Source of the DNA: an uncultured Actinomycetota bacterium
Lineage (GTDB): Bacteria; Actinomycetota; Acidimicrobiia; Acidimicrobiales; Bog-793
Assembly: GCA_963769255.1 (NCBI GenBank)
Contig: CAVYKV010000003.1
Location: 610,309 to 674,308 of the forward strand
Direction of reading: 5' to 3'
Length of the DNA: 64,000 bases
Shown here: piece after piece, positions 19,814 through 28,831 of the stretch
Layout of the letters: every line of letters starts with the position of its first letter
How positions within the stretch are numbered: position 1 is the stretch's first letter
The notes under the pieces: generated by a model
Told to the model about the DNA's origin: nothing
Database searches by the model: none
What the model saw: the letters and a program-made list of their open reading frames with translations, nothing else
Program-made: the position numbers and the translations under genes

Positions 19814-21520
19814 TCAGGTGGCGGTCGTGTTCCAGACGAGAATCCCGCCCTGGGCGAGGAACGACGGCTTGACGTACGGCTGGCACCCGATGTAGCTGTC
19901 GGAGTTGCAGATCCACGCCATGCTGGCCTCGGCGTCCCAGAGCTCTTGTGCCTGGATGTAGAGCTGCGTCCGCTTCGAGACGTCGTAGGTGGCCAGGGCC
20001 TCGTTCGTCAGCTTCGTGAACTCCGAGTCGCACCAGTGGTCCCAGTTCCAGAGCCCCATCTGGGCACACGTCCACCACTCGAACCACTCGTTCGGGTCGG
20101 ACTCGCCCCCGTAGTAGTAGTAGAGCAGCTGAGGGTGGGGGCCACCTCCGCCCGGACCGGGCAGGTCGGAGATGACGGCGGGGTCGACCGGCGCCACGTT
20201 GACCTTGATGCCGATCTGGCCGAGATTGGCGGCGATGATCTGGGCGGCGGCGACGTCGTCCTGCACGTTGTCGACGTTGAGCGTCAGCGTGACGTTCGTG
20301 AGCCCACTTTGCTGCAGGTAGTGCTTGGCGAGCGGGATGTTCACGTTGTACTCCGGCGCCTGCTGCCAGTAGCCGACACCGAGCGCCTGCGGGATGATGG
20401 CGTTCGTGCGCGTGTAGAGGCCGTTGTAGGCGTCCTTGATGATGCCCGGCACGTCGATGGCCTGCCGGATGGCCTTGCGCAGGTTGATGTTCGTGAGCGG
20501 CGGCTCCGTGACGTTCATGGCGAGCCAGTAGTAGAGGCCCGACGGCGTCGAGTACACCTTGAGCGACGAGTTCTGCTGGGCTTGCTTGACGACCGAGGTG
20601 CCGAGCTCGCAGTAGTTCACCTCGCCGCTCTCGAGGGCGGTGTAGGCCGTGGCGTCGCTCGAGATGGGCGTCGCCACGATCTCGTCGAAGAGGAACTTGT
20701 TGGCATACGCCTTGTTGGCGCCGCTATAGCCGGGGAACTTCGTCATGACGAGCTTCTGGCCCGGCGTCCACGACGTCCACTCGTACGGCCCGGTCCCAAC
20801 GGGGTTCGTGCCGAACTTCTTGCCCAGCTGGTTGATGGCCTTCTCGGAGACGACCATGCCGCTCGCGATGCCACCGCCGATCACGACGGCCAGCGTGGGG
20901 GCGAAGACCTCCTTCATCACGATGGTCCCCGAGTACTTGCTCTCCACCTGGACGGACTCGAGGGAGCTCCAGTCGCCTGAGTAGGGGGAGTTGAGCTTGG
21001 GCTTCGTCAAGCCGGCGATCCGCTCGAAGGAGAACTTCACGTCGCTCGCCTGCACTTCGCCGAACCCCCGGTGGAATTCGATGCCCTCCTTCAGGGTGAA
21101 ATGGAAACGGAGGCCATCGGTCGAGGTCTCGAAGGAGTCCGCCAGGCAGTGCATGACCTCGGTCGTGCCCGGCTTGTAGGCCAGCAGCGTCTCGAAGAAG
21201 CACTGCACGTAGGTCGGGTCCTCGAGCCCGGGCAGGATGGCGGGGTCGACGTTCTCGACGTCGGCCACCGGGCGCCAGGTCAGCGTCGTCGTCGGTGGCT
21301 TCGGGCTCGTCGTCGAGCCACCCGCCGGTGGCGACGAGGTCGATGAGCCGCAGGCGGCCAGGATGGAGCCGGCCGCCGTGGCCGAGACGCCGAGGACGGC
21401 GGCACGGGCCATGAACTGGCGTCGGTCGATGCGGTTGGCGAGTAGTTCGTCCACGAGCCCCGCAGCTTGTTGCCCCCCTGCGGCGAAGGCTTGTGCTCTG
21501 GCGTCTTTCTCCGGCGACAT
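19814..21520 (-). CDS. ABC transporter substrate-binding lipoprotein, family 5 (peptide/nickel), Tat-type signal
   Basis: [25 protein letters not shown] combines a twin-arginine signal with a lipobox. Length and motifs are DppA/OppA-like. Intact. Confidence 0.9.
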   Translation of the reverse strand: MSPEKDARAQAFAAGGQQAAGLVDELLANRIDRRQFMARAAVLGVSATAAGSILAACGSSTSSPPAGGSTTSPKPPTTTLTWRPVADVENVDPAILPGLEDPTYVQCFFETLLAYKPGTTEVMHCLADSFETSTDGLRFHFTLKEGIEFHRGFGEVQASDVKFSFERIAGLTKPKLNSPYSGDWSSLESVQVESKYSGTIVMKEVFAPTLAVVIGGGIASGMVVSEKAINQLGKKFGTNPVGTGPYEWTSWTPGQKLVMTKFPGYSGANKAYANKFLFDEIVATPISSDATAYTALESGEVNYCELGTSVVKQAQQNSSLKVYSTPSGLYYWLAMNVTEPPLTNINLRKAIRQAIDVPGIIKDAYNGLYTRTNAIIPQALGVGYWQQAPEYNVNIPLAKHYLQQSGLTNVTLTLNVDNVQDDVAAAQIIAANLGQIGIKVNVAPVDPAVISDLPGPGGGGPHPQLLYYYYGGESDPNEWFEWWTCAQMGLWNWDHWCDSEFTKLTNEALATYDVSKRTQLYIQAQELWDAEASMAWICNSDSYIGCQPYVKPSFLAQGGILVWNTTAT

Positions 21521-21648
21521 GCCCTGTTCCCCTTCTTCGTCGACGGCGCATTGTAGCGAGGCGGCTCCATCGTCGCCTGGCAGAGGTCAGACGATCACAC
21601 TGTCGTCCCCCTCGTCCCGCGGGCCCGGCTACGGGGGCGCTCTGAGGG

Positions 21649-23724
21649 TCAGACGCCGCGACGGGGGATGCTCCGGCGCCAGGTCTTCACGAAGACGCGC
21701 GCCTCGCCCTCGAAGCCCTCGACGAGGTTCGTGAGCTCGAATTCGTCGGCGGTGCAGGACAGCGTGCTCAGCGTGTGGACACGCGGTCGCCACGAACCAC
21801 GCCTGAGGGTGATCGTGCGCTCGTAGCTCTGGAAGGCGGAGAGGGGGTCGCCCTCGGTGATGCGGTGTCGGTTGTTGGCGATCGAGTGGTACTCGAGCCC
21901 CGTGGCAGGCAGCGCCAGGCGGTGCTCGCCCTCGCTGCGGATCTCGACTCGACCGGTCGCCGAATCACGCACGATGACCCGGCCGCCGTCCTCATACCCC
22001 GTCGCCTCGTGCGCCGGCGCCGGCGCTTCCTCCGGCTGGAGGAAGTGGACGGGCAGGGGATCGTCCCCGCCGCCCCGGCCCCGCCAGGTGGGCAGCTCGA
22101 GGACGCAGCGCCGACCTGCCTCGACGGTGAGGGTGACCGTCTCGGGAGACGGCCAGGCCCACGGCCAGTAGCTCGTCCCGACGGCGAGGCGGAGCCGGTG
22201 TCCGGCCGGGAGCGAGTACGCCATCGAGTTGAGCGCGACCTCGATGCCGTACCGTTCCCCGGGTACGAGGTCGACTGGGGTCTCGTGGCCCTCGCGATGT
22301 GTGAGGTTCAGGAGACCTCGCGTGATGAGGTGGGACGTGCCGTCCGGCCAGACGTCGCACAGCCTGACGACGACGATCGCCCAGGGCTGGTCGGACTCGA
22401 TCTGCAGTCGCGCGACCGGAAAGCCGAGGATCTCGAAATCCGCCGACAGCGGCTCGGTGTCGAAGCAGAGAGACCGCCCGTCCTCCGGCCGCTGGTCTCC
22501 GGCGTTGTCGACCGGGCCGCCCAGCCCGCCCCAGGTGCCCGGGTCGACGCTCACGCCCTCGCCGCTTCGCAGCGAGAGCGTTCCCTCGCCGGCGGCGTCG
22601 GCGCCGAGGACGTGGTCCGCTCCGAGGACGAGGCTCACCATCCGGAGGCCGGTGCCGTCTGCTGCGCCGCCCTCGTCATCCCCGCCGGGCCCTGACGGTC
22701 GACCGGGCGGCCAGCCGCTGAGGGCGATCCACCGCCCGGGCCAGAAGCGCCGCCCCGGGTCGGGCCTCACGGCGTCCGGCAGGTAGACGCGAAGGCGTGG
22801 CTCGCTCATGATGCCGTTCTCGATGCCCTTGAGGTGGCAGTCCCACCAGCGCACAGCTTCCTGCAGAAACCCGATCGCCGGGCCCGGGATCCCCTGCTCC
22901 GGGTACGTGTGAGCCCAAGGGCCGATGAGGCCCTTGCTCGGCCCGCCAGAGGCGTGGAGGAATCGCAGGACGGCGTTGCGATAGGCGTCCGTCCAGCCGC
23001 CCACCATGTAGACCGGGCAGCGGATGTCGTCGAATCCCTCGCAGACCGATCCCTGCTTCCAGTAGTCGTCCCGCGTCTGGTGGGAGAGCCACGCCTCGGC
23101 GAAGGGCGGCGTGTTCTCCATGCGGTCGAGCCACTGCGCCCGCCAGGAGTCCCCCACGTGCAGCGGATCCGGCGGCCGGGCGTTGTAGGCGAGCATCACG
23201 GAGGCCCATTGCAGCGCCGTCGCCGAGAGCAGGCATCCTCCCATGTAGTGGACGTCGTCGACGTAGCGGTCGTCCGTCGAGCAGATGCTGATGACTGCTC
23301 CGAGCTCAGCCGGCGCGTGCGAGGCGATCTGCAGCCCGTTGAAGCCCCCCCACGAGATGCCGATCATGCCGACGGTGCCGCTGCACCACGCCTGCTTCGC
23401 CAGCCAGGCGATGACCTCGATGCCGTCTCGTTGTTCGAGGGGCAGGTACTCGTCCTGGAGGATTCCGTCGGAATCGCCCGACCCCCGCAGGTCGACGCGG
23501 GCGCACGCATAACCGTGGGCGGCGAAGTAACCATGCATCGTCTCGTCGTGGACGGCCGTGTAGTCGCTCCTCCGGTACGGGATGTACTCGAGTATGGCCG
23601 GCACGGGGGAGACCTCGGCGTCCTCCGGGATCCACAGCTTCGCCGCCAAACGGCAGCCGTCTGCCATCGGGATCCAGCGGTGCTCGACGGTGCGGACGCG
23701 GTGGCGGGGGCGGTCCACGGACAC
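21649..23724 (-). CDS. CocE/NonD family hydrolase, paralog 3
   Basis: Same motifs as paralog 1 (YIPYRRSD, RGSGDSDG, GISWGG). Intact at 691 aa. The GTG start lies 6 nt after the upstream permease stop. Confidence 0.9.
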   Translation of the reverse strand: MSVDRPRHRVRTVEHRWIPMADGCRLAAKLWIPEDAEVSPVPAILEYIPYRRSDYTAVHDETMHGYFAAHGYACARVDLRGSGDSDGILQDEYLPLEQRDGIEVIAWLAKQAWCSGTVGMIGISWGGFNGLQIASHAPAELGAVISICSTDDRYVDDVHYMGGCLLSATALQWASVMLAYNARPPDPLHVGDSWRAQWLDRMENTPPFAEAWLSHQTRDDYWKQGSVCEGFDDIRCPVYMVGGWTDAYRNAVLRFLHASGGPSKGLIGPWAHTYPEQGIPGPAIGFLQEAVRWWDCHLKGIENGIMSEPRLRVYLPDAVRPDPGRRFWPGRWIALSGWPPGRPSGPGGDDEGGAADGTGLRMVSLVLGADHVLGADAAGEGTLSLRSGEGVSVDPGTWGGLGGPVDNAGDQRPEDGRSLCFDTEPLSADFEILGFPVARLQIESDQPWAIVVVRLCDVWPDGTSHLITRGLLNLTHREGHETPVDLVPGERYGIEVALNSMAYSLPAGHRLRLAVGTSYWPWAWPSPETVTLTVEAGRRCVLELPTWRGRGGGDDPLPVHFLQPEEAPAPAHEATGYEDGGRVIVRDSATGRVEIRSEGEHRLALPATGLEYHSIANNRHRITEGDPLSAFQSYERTITLRRGSWRPRVHTLSTLSCTADEFELTNLVEGFEGEARVFVKTWRRSIPRRGV

Positions 23725-23730
23725 CTCGAG

Positions 23731-24954
23731 CTATTGGGCTGTGCCGGCGACGAGGCTGCGCAAGCGCACCCTTCCTCCCGTCTGCAGCACGGCGCGACGG
23801 TAGATGCGGGCGGCGACGAGCGCCATGCCGGCCGTGCCGACGAGCGAGATGACGGCGGCCGTGAGGAACTGCCACCACGTCACTTGTCCGAGCCCCACGA
23901 GGACGGACATGCAGAAGGGGGCCGTGGGCGGGAGATAGGCGAGAATCTTGAAGAAGAGGTCCGGGTTGCCCGAGCTCGCCACCGTGATGGAGAAGACATA
24001 GCCGACGAGGATCGGGATGCTGAGGGGAAGGGCGAGCGTCTGCACCTGGTCCTGGCGCTCGGCCATGGAGCCGGCGGCGGCGTACACCCAGCAGTAGAAG
24101 GAGTAGCCGAGCACGAGCCAGAGCAGCTCGGACAGCAGGGTCAGCGTCCCGGTGCCGTGCAGGAAGTCGGAGCCCACGGCGGCGCCCACCGCAATGGCGA
24201 AGCCCACGATGAGGGCGGCCTGGCCGAGCGCCACGAGCCCGATCCCGAGGACCTTGCCACCGAGGAGCTGGAGGGGTCGCAGGGTGGACAGCAGCACCTC
24301 GACCACGCGACTCGACTTCTCCTGCATGACGCCGATGAGGATCCACGTGTCGTACTGGGTGAGCATGAGGAACAGCAGGACGATGCCGATCACCGACCCG
24401 GCCTTGGCGGGGCTCTTCGAGCTCGATCGGAGGGCACGGACGGGGACCGGCTTCGAGTTGTCCACCAACGTCGCCTGGGTCGGCGTCAACCCAGCCGCCT
24501 CATAGGCCTGCAGCACGCCGAGGTACTCGGCCACCTCGTTCACGAGGGTGGGGTCCGCAGGGGAGCTGCTCGAGGTGGCGGGCTCGTTCAGCACGATCTC
24601 GCTCGAGTGGACGATGGCGAAGTCGATCTTGCCGGAGCGCAGGTCGGTGGTGGCGGCCGCCGCCGACGCCTCCGCGACGAAGGTCACGGTGTCCTGGTTG
24701 CTCGCCGCGTAGGCCTTCACGATCGCTGCCGTCTCGGGCGCGAGGTGACCCACCACGCCTACCGCTTGCGGCGTCGGGCCGCTCCCCTTGTGCAGGGACG
24801 GGATGATGATGGCGGCCGCCACGACGAGGAGGATCACGATCGTCCCGACACGGAAGATGCGGCCGCGCAACCGTTCCCGGATCTCGCGCCACGCCACCAT
24901 GCGCACGCTGCCCGACGGCTTGTCCGCTGCGGCGCTGAAGAGGTTCCCGATCAC
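23731..24954 (-). CDS. ABC-2 type transporter permease (NatB-like)
   Basis: WREIRERLRGRIFRVGTIVILLV N-terminus, a large extracytoplasmic loop and a C-terminal multi-TM block. The same frame stays open up to the ATPase stop at 25177. A possible N-terminal extension starts at GTG 25180 (see findings). Confidence 0.85.
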   Translation of the reverse strand: MIGNLFSAAADKPSGSVRMVAWREIRERLRGRIFRVGTIVILLVVAAAIIIPSLHKGSGPTPQAVGVVGHLAPETAAIVKAYAASNQDTVTFVAEASAAAATTDLRSGKIDFAIVHSSEIVLNEPATSSSSPADPTLVNEVAEYLGVLQAYEAAGLTPTQATLVDNSKPVPVRALRSSSKSPAKAGSVIGIVLLFLMLTQYDTWILIGVMQEKSSRVVEVLLSTLRPLQLLGGKVLGIGLVALGQAALIVGFAIAVGAAVGSDFLHGTGTLTLLSELLWLVLGYSFYCWVYAAAGSMAERQDQVQTLALPLSIPILVGYVFSITVASSGNPDLFFKILAYLPPTAPFCMSVLVGLGQVTWWQFLTAAVISLVGTAGMALVAARIYRRAVLQTGGRVRLRSLVAGTAQ

Positions 24955-25176
24955 ACTCCTGGTCGGCGGTGGGCTCGGCGGGCTGGGCGGGCTGGGGGGG
25001 GTTGGCGGGCTGACGCCCTCGACCGGCCCGGCCGGGCCGGCTCCCGATCCGGCCCGGGTGGCTTCGGCCTGGTTGGCTCCGGCGTGGTCGGGGGCCCGGC
25101 GCCGACGTCTCGCGTTGAAGAGCCAGAATCCGGAAGCCGAGCACGCCGCCCGCGACGAGGGCGAAGTAGAGGAATT

Positions 25177-26109
25177 TCACGCCACGGCCTCCCTGAAGAC
25201 CTCCGACAGGCGCCGCCGCTCGAAGGAGAACTGGGTGATATGCCCAGCCTGCATGGCCGCTCGCAGGACGGTGTCGCTGTCGACGTCGTCGTCGAGGGCG
25301 AGACGCACCGATCCCGCGCTCACCTCAGAGACGGTCACGCCCTTCAGGTGGCGGGCCCACTCACCGGTCCGGTCGCCCTCGAGGCGCACCACGAGGCGGC
25401 GGCTGCCGCTCGTCGCCAGCTCGTCCACGGTGCCCGACACGACGAGGTGGCCATGGTCGATGATCGTGACACGCTCGCAGAGATGCTCCACCTGGTCGAG
25501 CTGGTGACTGCTGAAGAGCACGCAGCATCCCGCCCGGGCCCTGTCCACGAGGACCTGGCCGATGGCATCGATGCCGGTTGGGTCGAGCCCGGAGAGGGGC
25601 TCGTCGAGCACGAGCAGCTCCGGCTCGTGGAGGAGGGCGGCCGCCAGCTGCACCCGCTGTTGGTTGCCGTGCGAGAGCGTCTCGACCTTGGAACCTCGGC
25701 GGTCGGCGATGTCGAGTCGCTCGAGCCACGTCGTGGTCGCCGCTGCCGCCTCGTTGTGGCTGAGGCCGTGCAGACGTCCGAGGTACTCGACCTGGTCGCC
25801 GACGAGCATGCCGGGGTAGAGGCCCCGCTCCTCGGGCATGTAGCCGAAGCGACGGCGCTCCGGTTGGCTCACCGGGGCTCCCTTCCAGAGGACCGTGCCG
25901 GCGTCGAGATCGGTGAGACCGAAGATCGCCCGCATCGTCGTCGTCTTGCCGGCGCCGTTCGGCCCGAGGAATCCGACGACCTCGCCGGCCGGCACATCGA
26001 AGGTGAGGTCGTCGAGGGCGGTGAGCTTCCCGTACGTCCGGCGCAGCCCTTGCAGTTGCAGGACTCCGCTCATTCCCGGCAGGTTATGGCCGGCCGGGTC
26101 GGTCGTCAT
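25177..26109 (-). CDS. ABC transporter ATP-binding protein (NatA-like)
   Basis: GPNGAGKTT, LSHGNQQRV, LLVLDEPLSGLD and a C-terminal accessory domain. ATGA overlap with the upstream VOC gene. Confidence 0.9.
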   Translation of the reverse strand: MTTDPAGHNLPGMSGVLQLQGLRRTYGKLTALDDLTFDVPAGEVVGFLGPNGAGKTTTMRAIFGLTDLDAGTVLWKGAPVSQPERRRFGYMPEERGLYPGMLVGDQVEYLGRLHGLSHNEAAAATTTWLERLDIADRRGSKVETLSHGNQQRVQLAAALLHEPELLVLDEPLSGLDPTGIDAIGQVLVDRARAGCCVLFSSHQLDQVEHLCERVTIIDHGHLVVSGTVDELATSGSRRLVVRLEGDRTGEWARHLKGVTVSEVSAGSVRLALDDDVDSDTVLRAAMQAGHITQFSFERRRLSEVFREAVA

Positions 26110-26492
26110 CGCACCTTCGAGACGATCTCGACGAGGTTGCCGTCCGGATCGCGCAGCAGCGCATTGCGGTTGTTGTTGCCGGTGTCGTGCGGTGCTTGCA
26201 CCGAGCGGACGCCGGCGGCGACGAGCTGCGAGAAGGCGTCGTCGGCGTCGTCGGTCCAGACGACGATCACCATGGCGGGGGTGCCCGGGGTGGCGTCGAC
26301 TCCGTGGACCCGTTTCGCAGCCTCCACGGTTCCCAAGCCGATGGCGAAGTCGTCGAGCTTGAGCTCCACGTGCTCGGGCGTTCCGTCGGGCGGGGTGCGG
26401 AACGTCTCCGCGAAGCCCAGCAGGTCCCGGTAGAAGCCCAATTCTGCCTCGATGTCGGCGGTGTACAGGTTGACGAATCCCGTGGCGAACAT
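26106..26492 (-). CDS. VOC (glyoxalase/bleomycin-resistance fold) family protein
   Basis: FVNLYTADIEAELGFYRDLLGF...LRDPDGNLVEIV. ATG at 26492 is the preferred start. Confidence 0.8.
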   Translation of the reverse strand: MFATGFVNLYTADIEAELGFYRDLLGFAETFRTPPDGTPEHVELKLDDFAIGLGTVEAAKRVHGVDATPGTPAMVIVVWTDDADDAFSQLVAAGVRSVQAPHDTGNNNRNALLRDPDGNLVEIVSKVR

Positions 26493-26518
26493 GGCTCCTT
26501 CCCCTACCGGTCTTTGGG

Positions 26519-26580
26519 CGTACTGAGTGCGCAACGTCACCGCAGACGCACGAAAACGGTCGCTCTCGTCGCTCGGTTCG
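26519..26580 (+). repeat. Intergenic repeat element, divergent copy D
   Basis: GGGCGTACTGAG head plus GCGCAAC and GCTCGGT blocks shared with copy B. The internal part is rearranged (CGAAAAC where B has GTTTTCG). Confidence 0.4.
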
Positions 26581-26703
26581 ACCGGCGCCGTCCGGCCGGA
26601 GCGAGCCTCAGCTCTTCTGCACCGCCTGCGGCGAAGCCGACCGAGGGGCAGCCGACACGCGCGGTCGATGGGTCGATCACGACCCTACACGGGCCGGCAA
26701 AGC

Positions 26704-27333
26704 TCACCCATACGTCGGGAACTGAGGCCACCCCTCCGGTGAGTCCTCCCAGTCCTCCTGCCGGCCGTAAGGCGCCAGATCGAGGATGTTGTTGACGAAG
26801 AGCACGCGGTCCACCCCCCGCGCCGTCGTGTTGTAGGTGCGGTACACCTCCTCACCGTCGGTGAGAAACAGGCTGAGCATGAAGCCGCCCCCGGATCCGC
26901 AATCCTCGGCGAAGGTGGTCCCCCGGGACGAGGCGAACGGCACGGTCCAGCCCTTCTCTGCCCAGTAGGACTCCATCTGTGCCAGTGGCATGTTGGACAC
27001 CGTCCGCCAGCTGACCCCGTCCTCCGCCAGCGTCGCCACGCCGGCGACGTTGTTCGTGAAGTGGGTGCACCCCGGGCAGAAGGCATCCGGGCCGACGTCC
27101 ATGAACTGATACACGGCCAGCTGCGGCTGCCCGGCGAAGAAGTCCAGGAGTCGGAGCGGGCCGTCGGTCGTCTCGAAGACGTACTTGTCGTTGTCGAAAC
27201 GGACCATGGGGAGGCGGCGTCGCTGGGCGGCGATGGCGTCGATGCGACGCGTGGCCTCCTTCTCGGCGGCCAGCAACACGTCGCGCTCCTGCTGCCACTG
27301 CTCCGTTGACACGATCGTCGGCAAACTGGCCAC
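26704..27333 (-). CDS. DUF899 domain-containing thioredoxin-like protein
   Basis: STEQWQQERDVLLAAEKEATRRIDAIAAQRRRLPMV...LAVYQFM...CPGCTHF matches the DUF899 pattern. Confidence 0.85.
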   Translation of the reverse strand: MASLPTIVSTEQWQQERDVLLAAEKEATRRIDAIAAQRRRLPMVRFDNDKYVFETTDGPLRLLDFFAGQPQLAVYQFMDVGPDAFCPGCTHFTNNVAGVATLAEDGVSWRTVSNMPLAQMESYWAEKGWTVPFASSRGTTFAEDCGSGGGFMLSLFLTDGEEVYRTYNTTARGVDRVLFVNNILDLAPYGRQEDWEDSPEGWPQFPTYG

Positions 27334-27605
27334 AGGGCCTCCTTCACGGTGGGGAGCCGCGCCGGCCGCCGGGGCGGACGACGAGCCTGCTCACGAATTC
27401 TGACGGATGGGGCCGGCGGAACTCATCGGCGCCAGGGCGATCCCGCCCCGCAGGGGGAGCGGCCGGACGAGCGGTAGCGTGCTCGAGGACGGCGAGGCTC
27501 GGCACGGTGAGCACGGGATTGGTGTAAGGGCTTAGACCTCGTTTCGGTGTCCAACCCCCTACACGAAGCTGACTGGCTCAGGTGTTCTCTCGAAAGGATC
27601 CGGAC

Positions 27606-27989
27606 ATGCGTGCCCGAACGGACGGAATGTGGTGGGGAACCGCCATCGAGGCCCCGGATCCCGGCGCCCTGGCGAGGTTCTACTCGAACCTCTTGGGTTG
27701 GCCCATCGGCCACGAGGAGCCGGGGACAGCGATCCTGGCGGCGCCCGAGGGATCCATCTTCATCGTGTTCCAGCAGGCGACGGACTACGAGGCCCCCGTG
27801 TGGCCGCCCGTGGGCGGCGCGCAGCGGCCCATGATGCACTTCGACTTCCAGGTCGGCGACCTCGACTCTGCCGTGGCGGAGGCGCTCGCTCTGGGAGCCT
27901 CCCTCGCCACGTCGCAGCCGCAGGAGAACGTGCGGGTGCTCCTCGACCCGGCCGGACACCCCTTCTGTCTCTGCCGGGACGACGGCTGA
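27606..27989 (+). CDS. VOC family protein
   Basis: LARFYSNLLGWPI...HFDFQVGDLD...LLDPAGHPFCL. AAAGGA lies 7 nt upstream of ATG 27606. Confidence 0.8.
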   Translation: MRARTDGMWWGTAIEAPDPGALARFYSNLLGWPIGHEEPGTAILAAPEGSIFIVFQQATDYEAPVWPPVGGAQRPMMHFDFQVGDLDSAVAEALALGASLATSQPQENVRVLLDPAGHPFCLCRDDG

Positions 27990-28023
27990 CCGACCCCTTG
28001 CGGCCGGGGGCCGGCCGTTCTAG

Positions 28024-28061
28024 CATTCATATAGTGAGTATAGAAACTCATAATATGAATG
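28024..28061. promoter_or_regulatory. AT-rich 38-bp imperfect palindrome overlapping the IclR start codon (candidate operator/promoter)
   Basis: CATTCATATAGTGAGTA-tagaa-ACTCATAATATGAATG. The outer 9-bp arms are perfect, and the inner TGAGT/ACTCA pair also matches. It contains TATAGT, TATAGA and CATAAT hexamers inside an otherwise ~70% GC context. Confidence 0.5.
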
Positions 28062-28831
28062 TTCCGGCCGGCAGCCAAGCCGTCGAACGGGCGGCCCGCC
28101 TGCTCGTCTGCCTTGTCGAGAGTGATCGGGCGCTGACCGTCGGCGAGCTCGCCTCGGCCTCCGGGCTTCACCAGGCCACGACCTCCAGACTCGTGGGAGC
28201 GCTGGAGCGGCACGGGATTCTCGCCCGTGACGGCAGGCGGGGTCGGGTGCGGCCGGGACCGGTGCTGCTGCGGCTCGCCGTCAGCGATTTCTCCCATCGC
28301 CGCCTCGTCGAGCTGGCCGTTCCCATCCTGGAAGAGGTCGGCCGGACGACACACGAGACGGTCAACCTCTCGACACCGATGCGAGGTGGCGTCAACCACC
28401 TCGCCCAGATCGACAGCGAGTACTTGGTCGGGACGACGACCTGGGTAGGGAGAGCCGTGCCGTTGCACTGTTCCTCGACCGGCAAGGTCTTCCTCGCCTT
28501 CGGATCGGCGGAGCTCCCGAAGGGGGGGCTCGACCGCCTCACGCGACACACCATCACCGACCGCCAAGTGCTTGCGAAGGACCTCGCGGCGACAAGGGGT
28601 CGCGGATTCGCCATCACCGTCGACGAGCTCGAGCTGGGGCTGAGCGCCGTCGCCGCCCCCTTGCGCGATCCGTCGGGCTCGGTCATGGCGGCCCTCAGCA
28701 TCTCCGGACCGTCGATGCGACTCGGGCGTGAGCTGCTCAAGTCCCACGGGGAGCTTCTCTGCGAGGCCGCTCGCCGGCTCTCCGGCGAGCTCGGACAGCT
28801 GTCCCGGATGGCCGAGAAGCCGGCCGGATGA
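28055..28831 (+). CDS. IclR family transcriptional regulator
   Basis: HTH segment LTVGELASASGLHQATTSRLVGALE and a C-terminal effector domain with GLSAVAAPL. Confidence 0.9.
   Translation: MNVPAGSQAVERAARLLVCLVESDRALTVGELASASGLHQATTSRLVGALERHGILARDGRRGRVRPGPVLLRLAVSDFSHRRLVELAVPILEEVGRTTHETVNLSTPMRGGVNHLAQIDSEYLVGTTTWVGRAVPLHCSSTGKVFLAFGSAELPKGGLDRLTRHTITDRQVLAKDLAATRGRGFAITVDELELGLSAVAAPLRDPSGSVMAALSISGPSMRLGRELLKSHGELLCEAARRLSGELGQLSRMAEKPAG

Noticed and set aside
24960-25020. G-rich near-tandem GGCGGGCTGGGCGGGCTGGGGGGGG run, considered as a G-quadruplex or short tandem repeat.
   Set aside because: On the coding (minus) strand it encodes the PPSPPSPPSPPP linker in the natB frame. Coding low complexity is the simpler explanation.
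22834-26433. 1199-aa plus-strand ORF, the longest in the window.
   Set aside because: It runs antisense to three well-supported minus-strand genes (CocE paralog 3, natB-like, natA-like). Its translation is Arg/Gly/Asp/His-rich low-complexity sequence with no motifs. Stop-free shadow frames like this are expected at ~70% GC.
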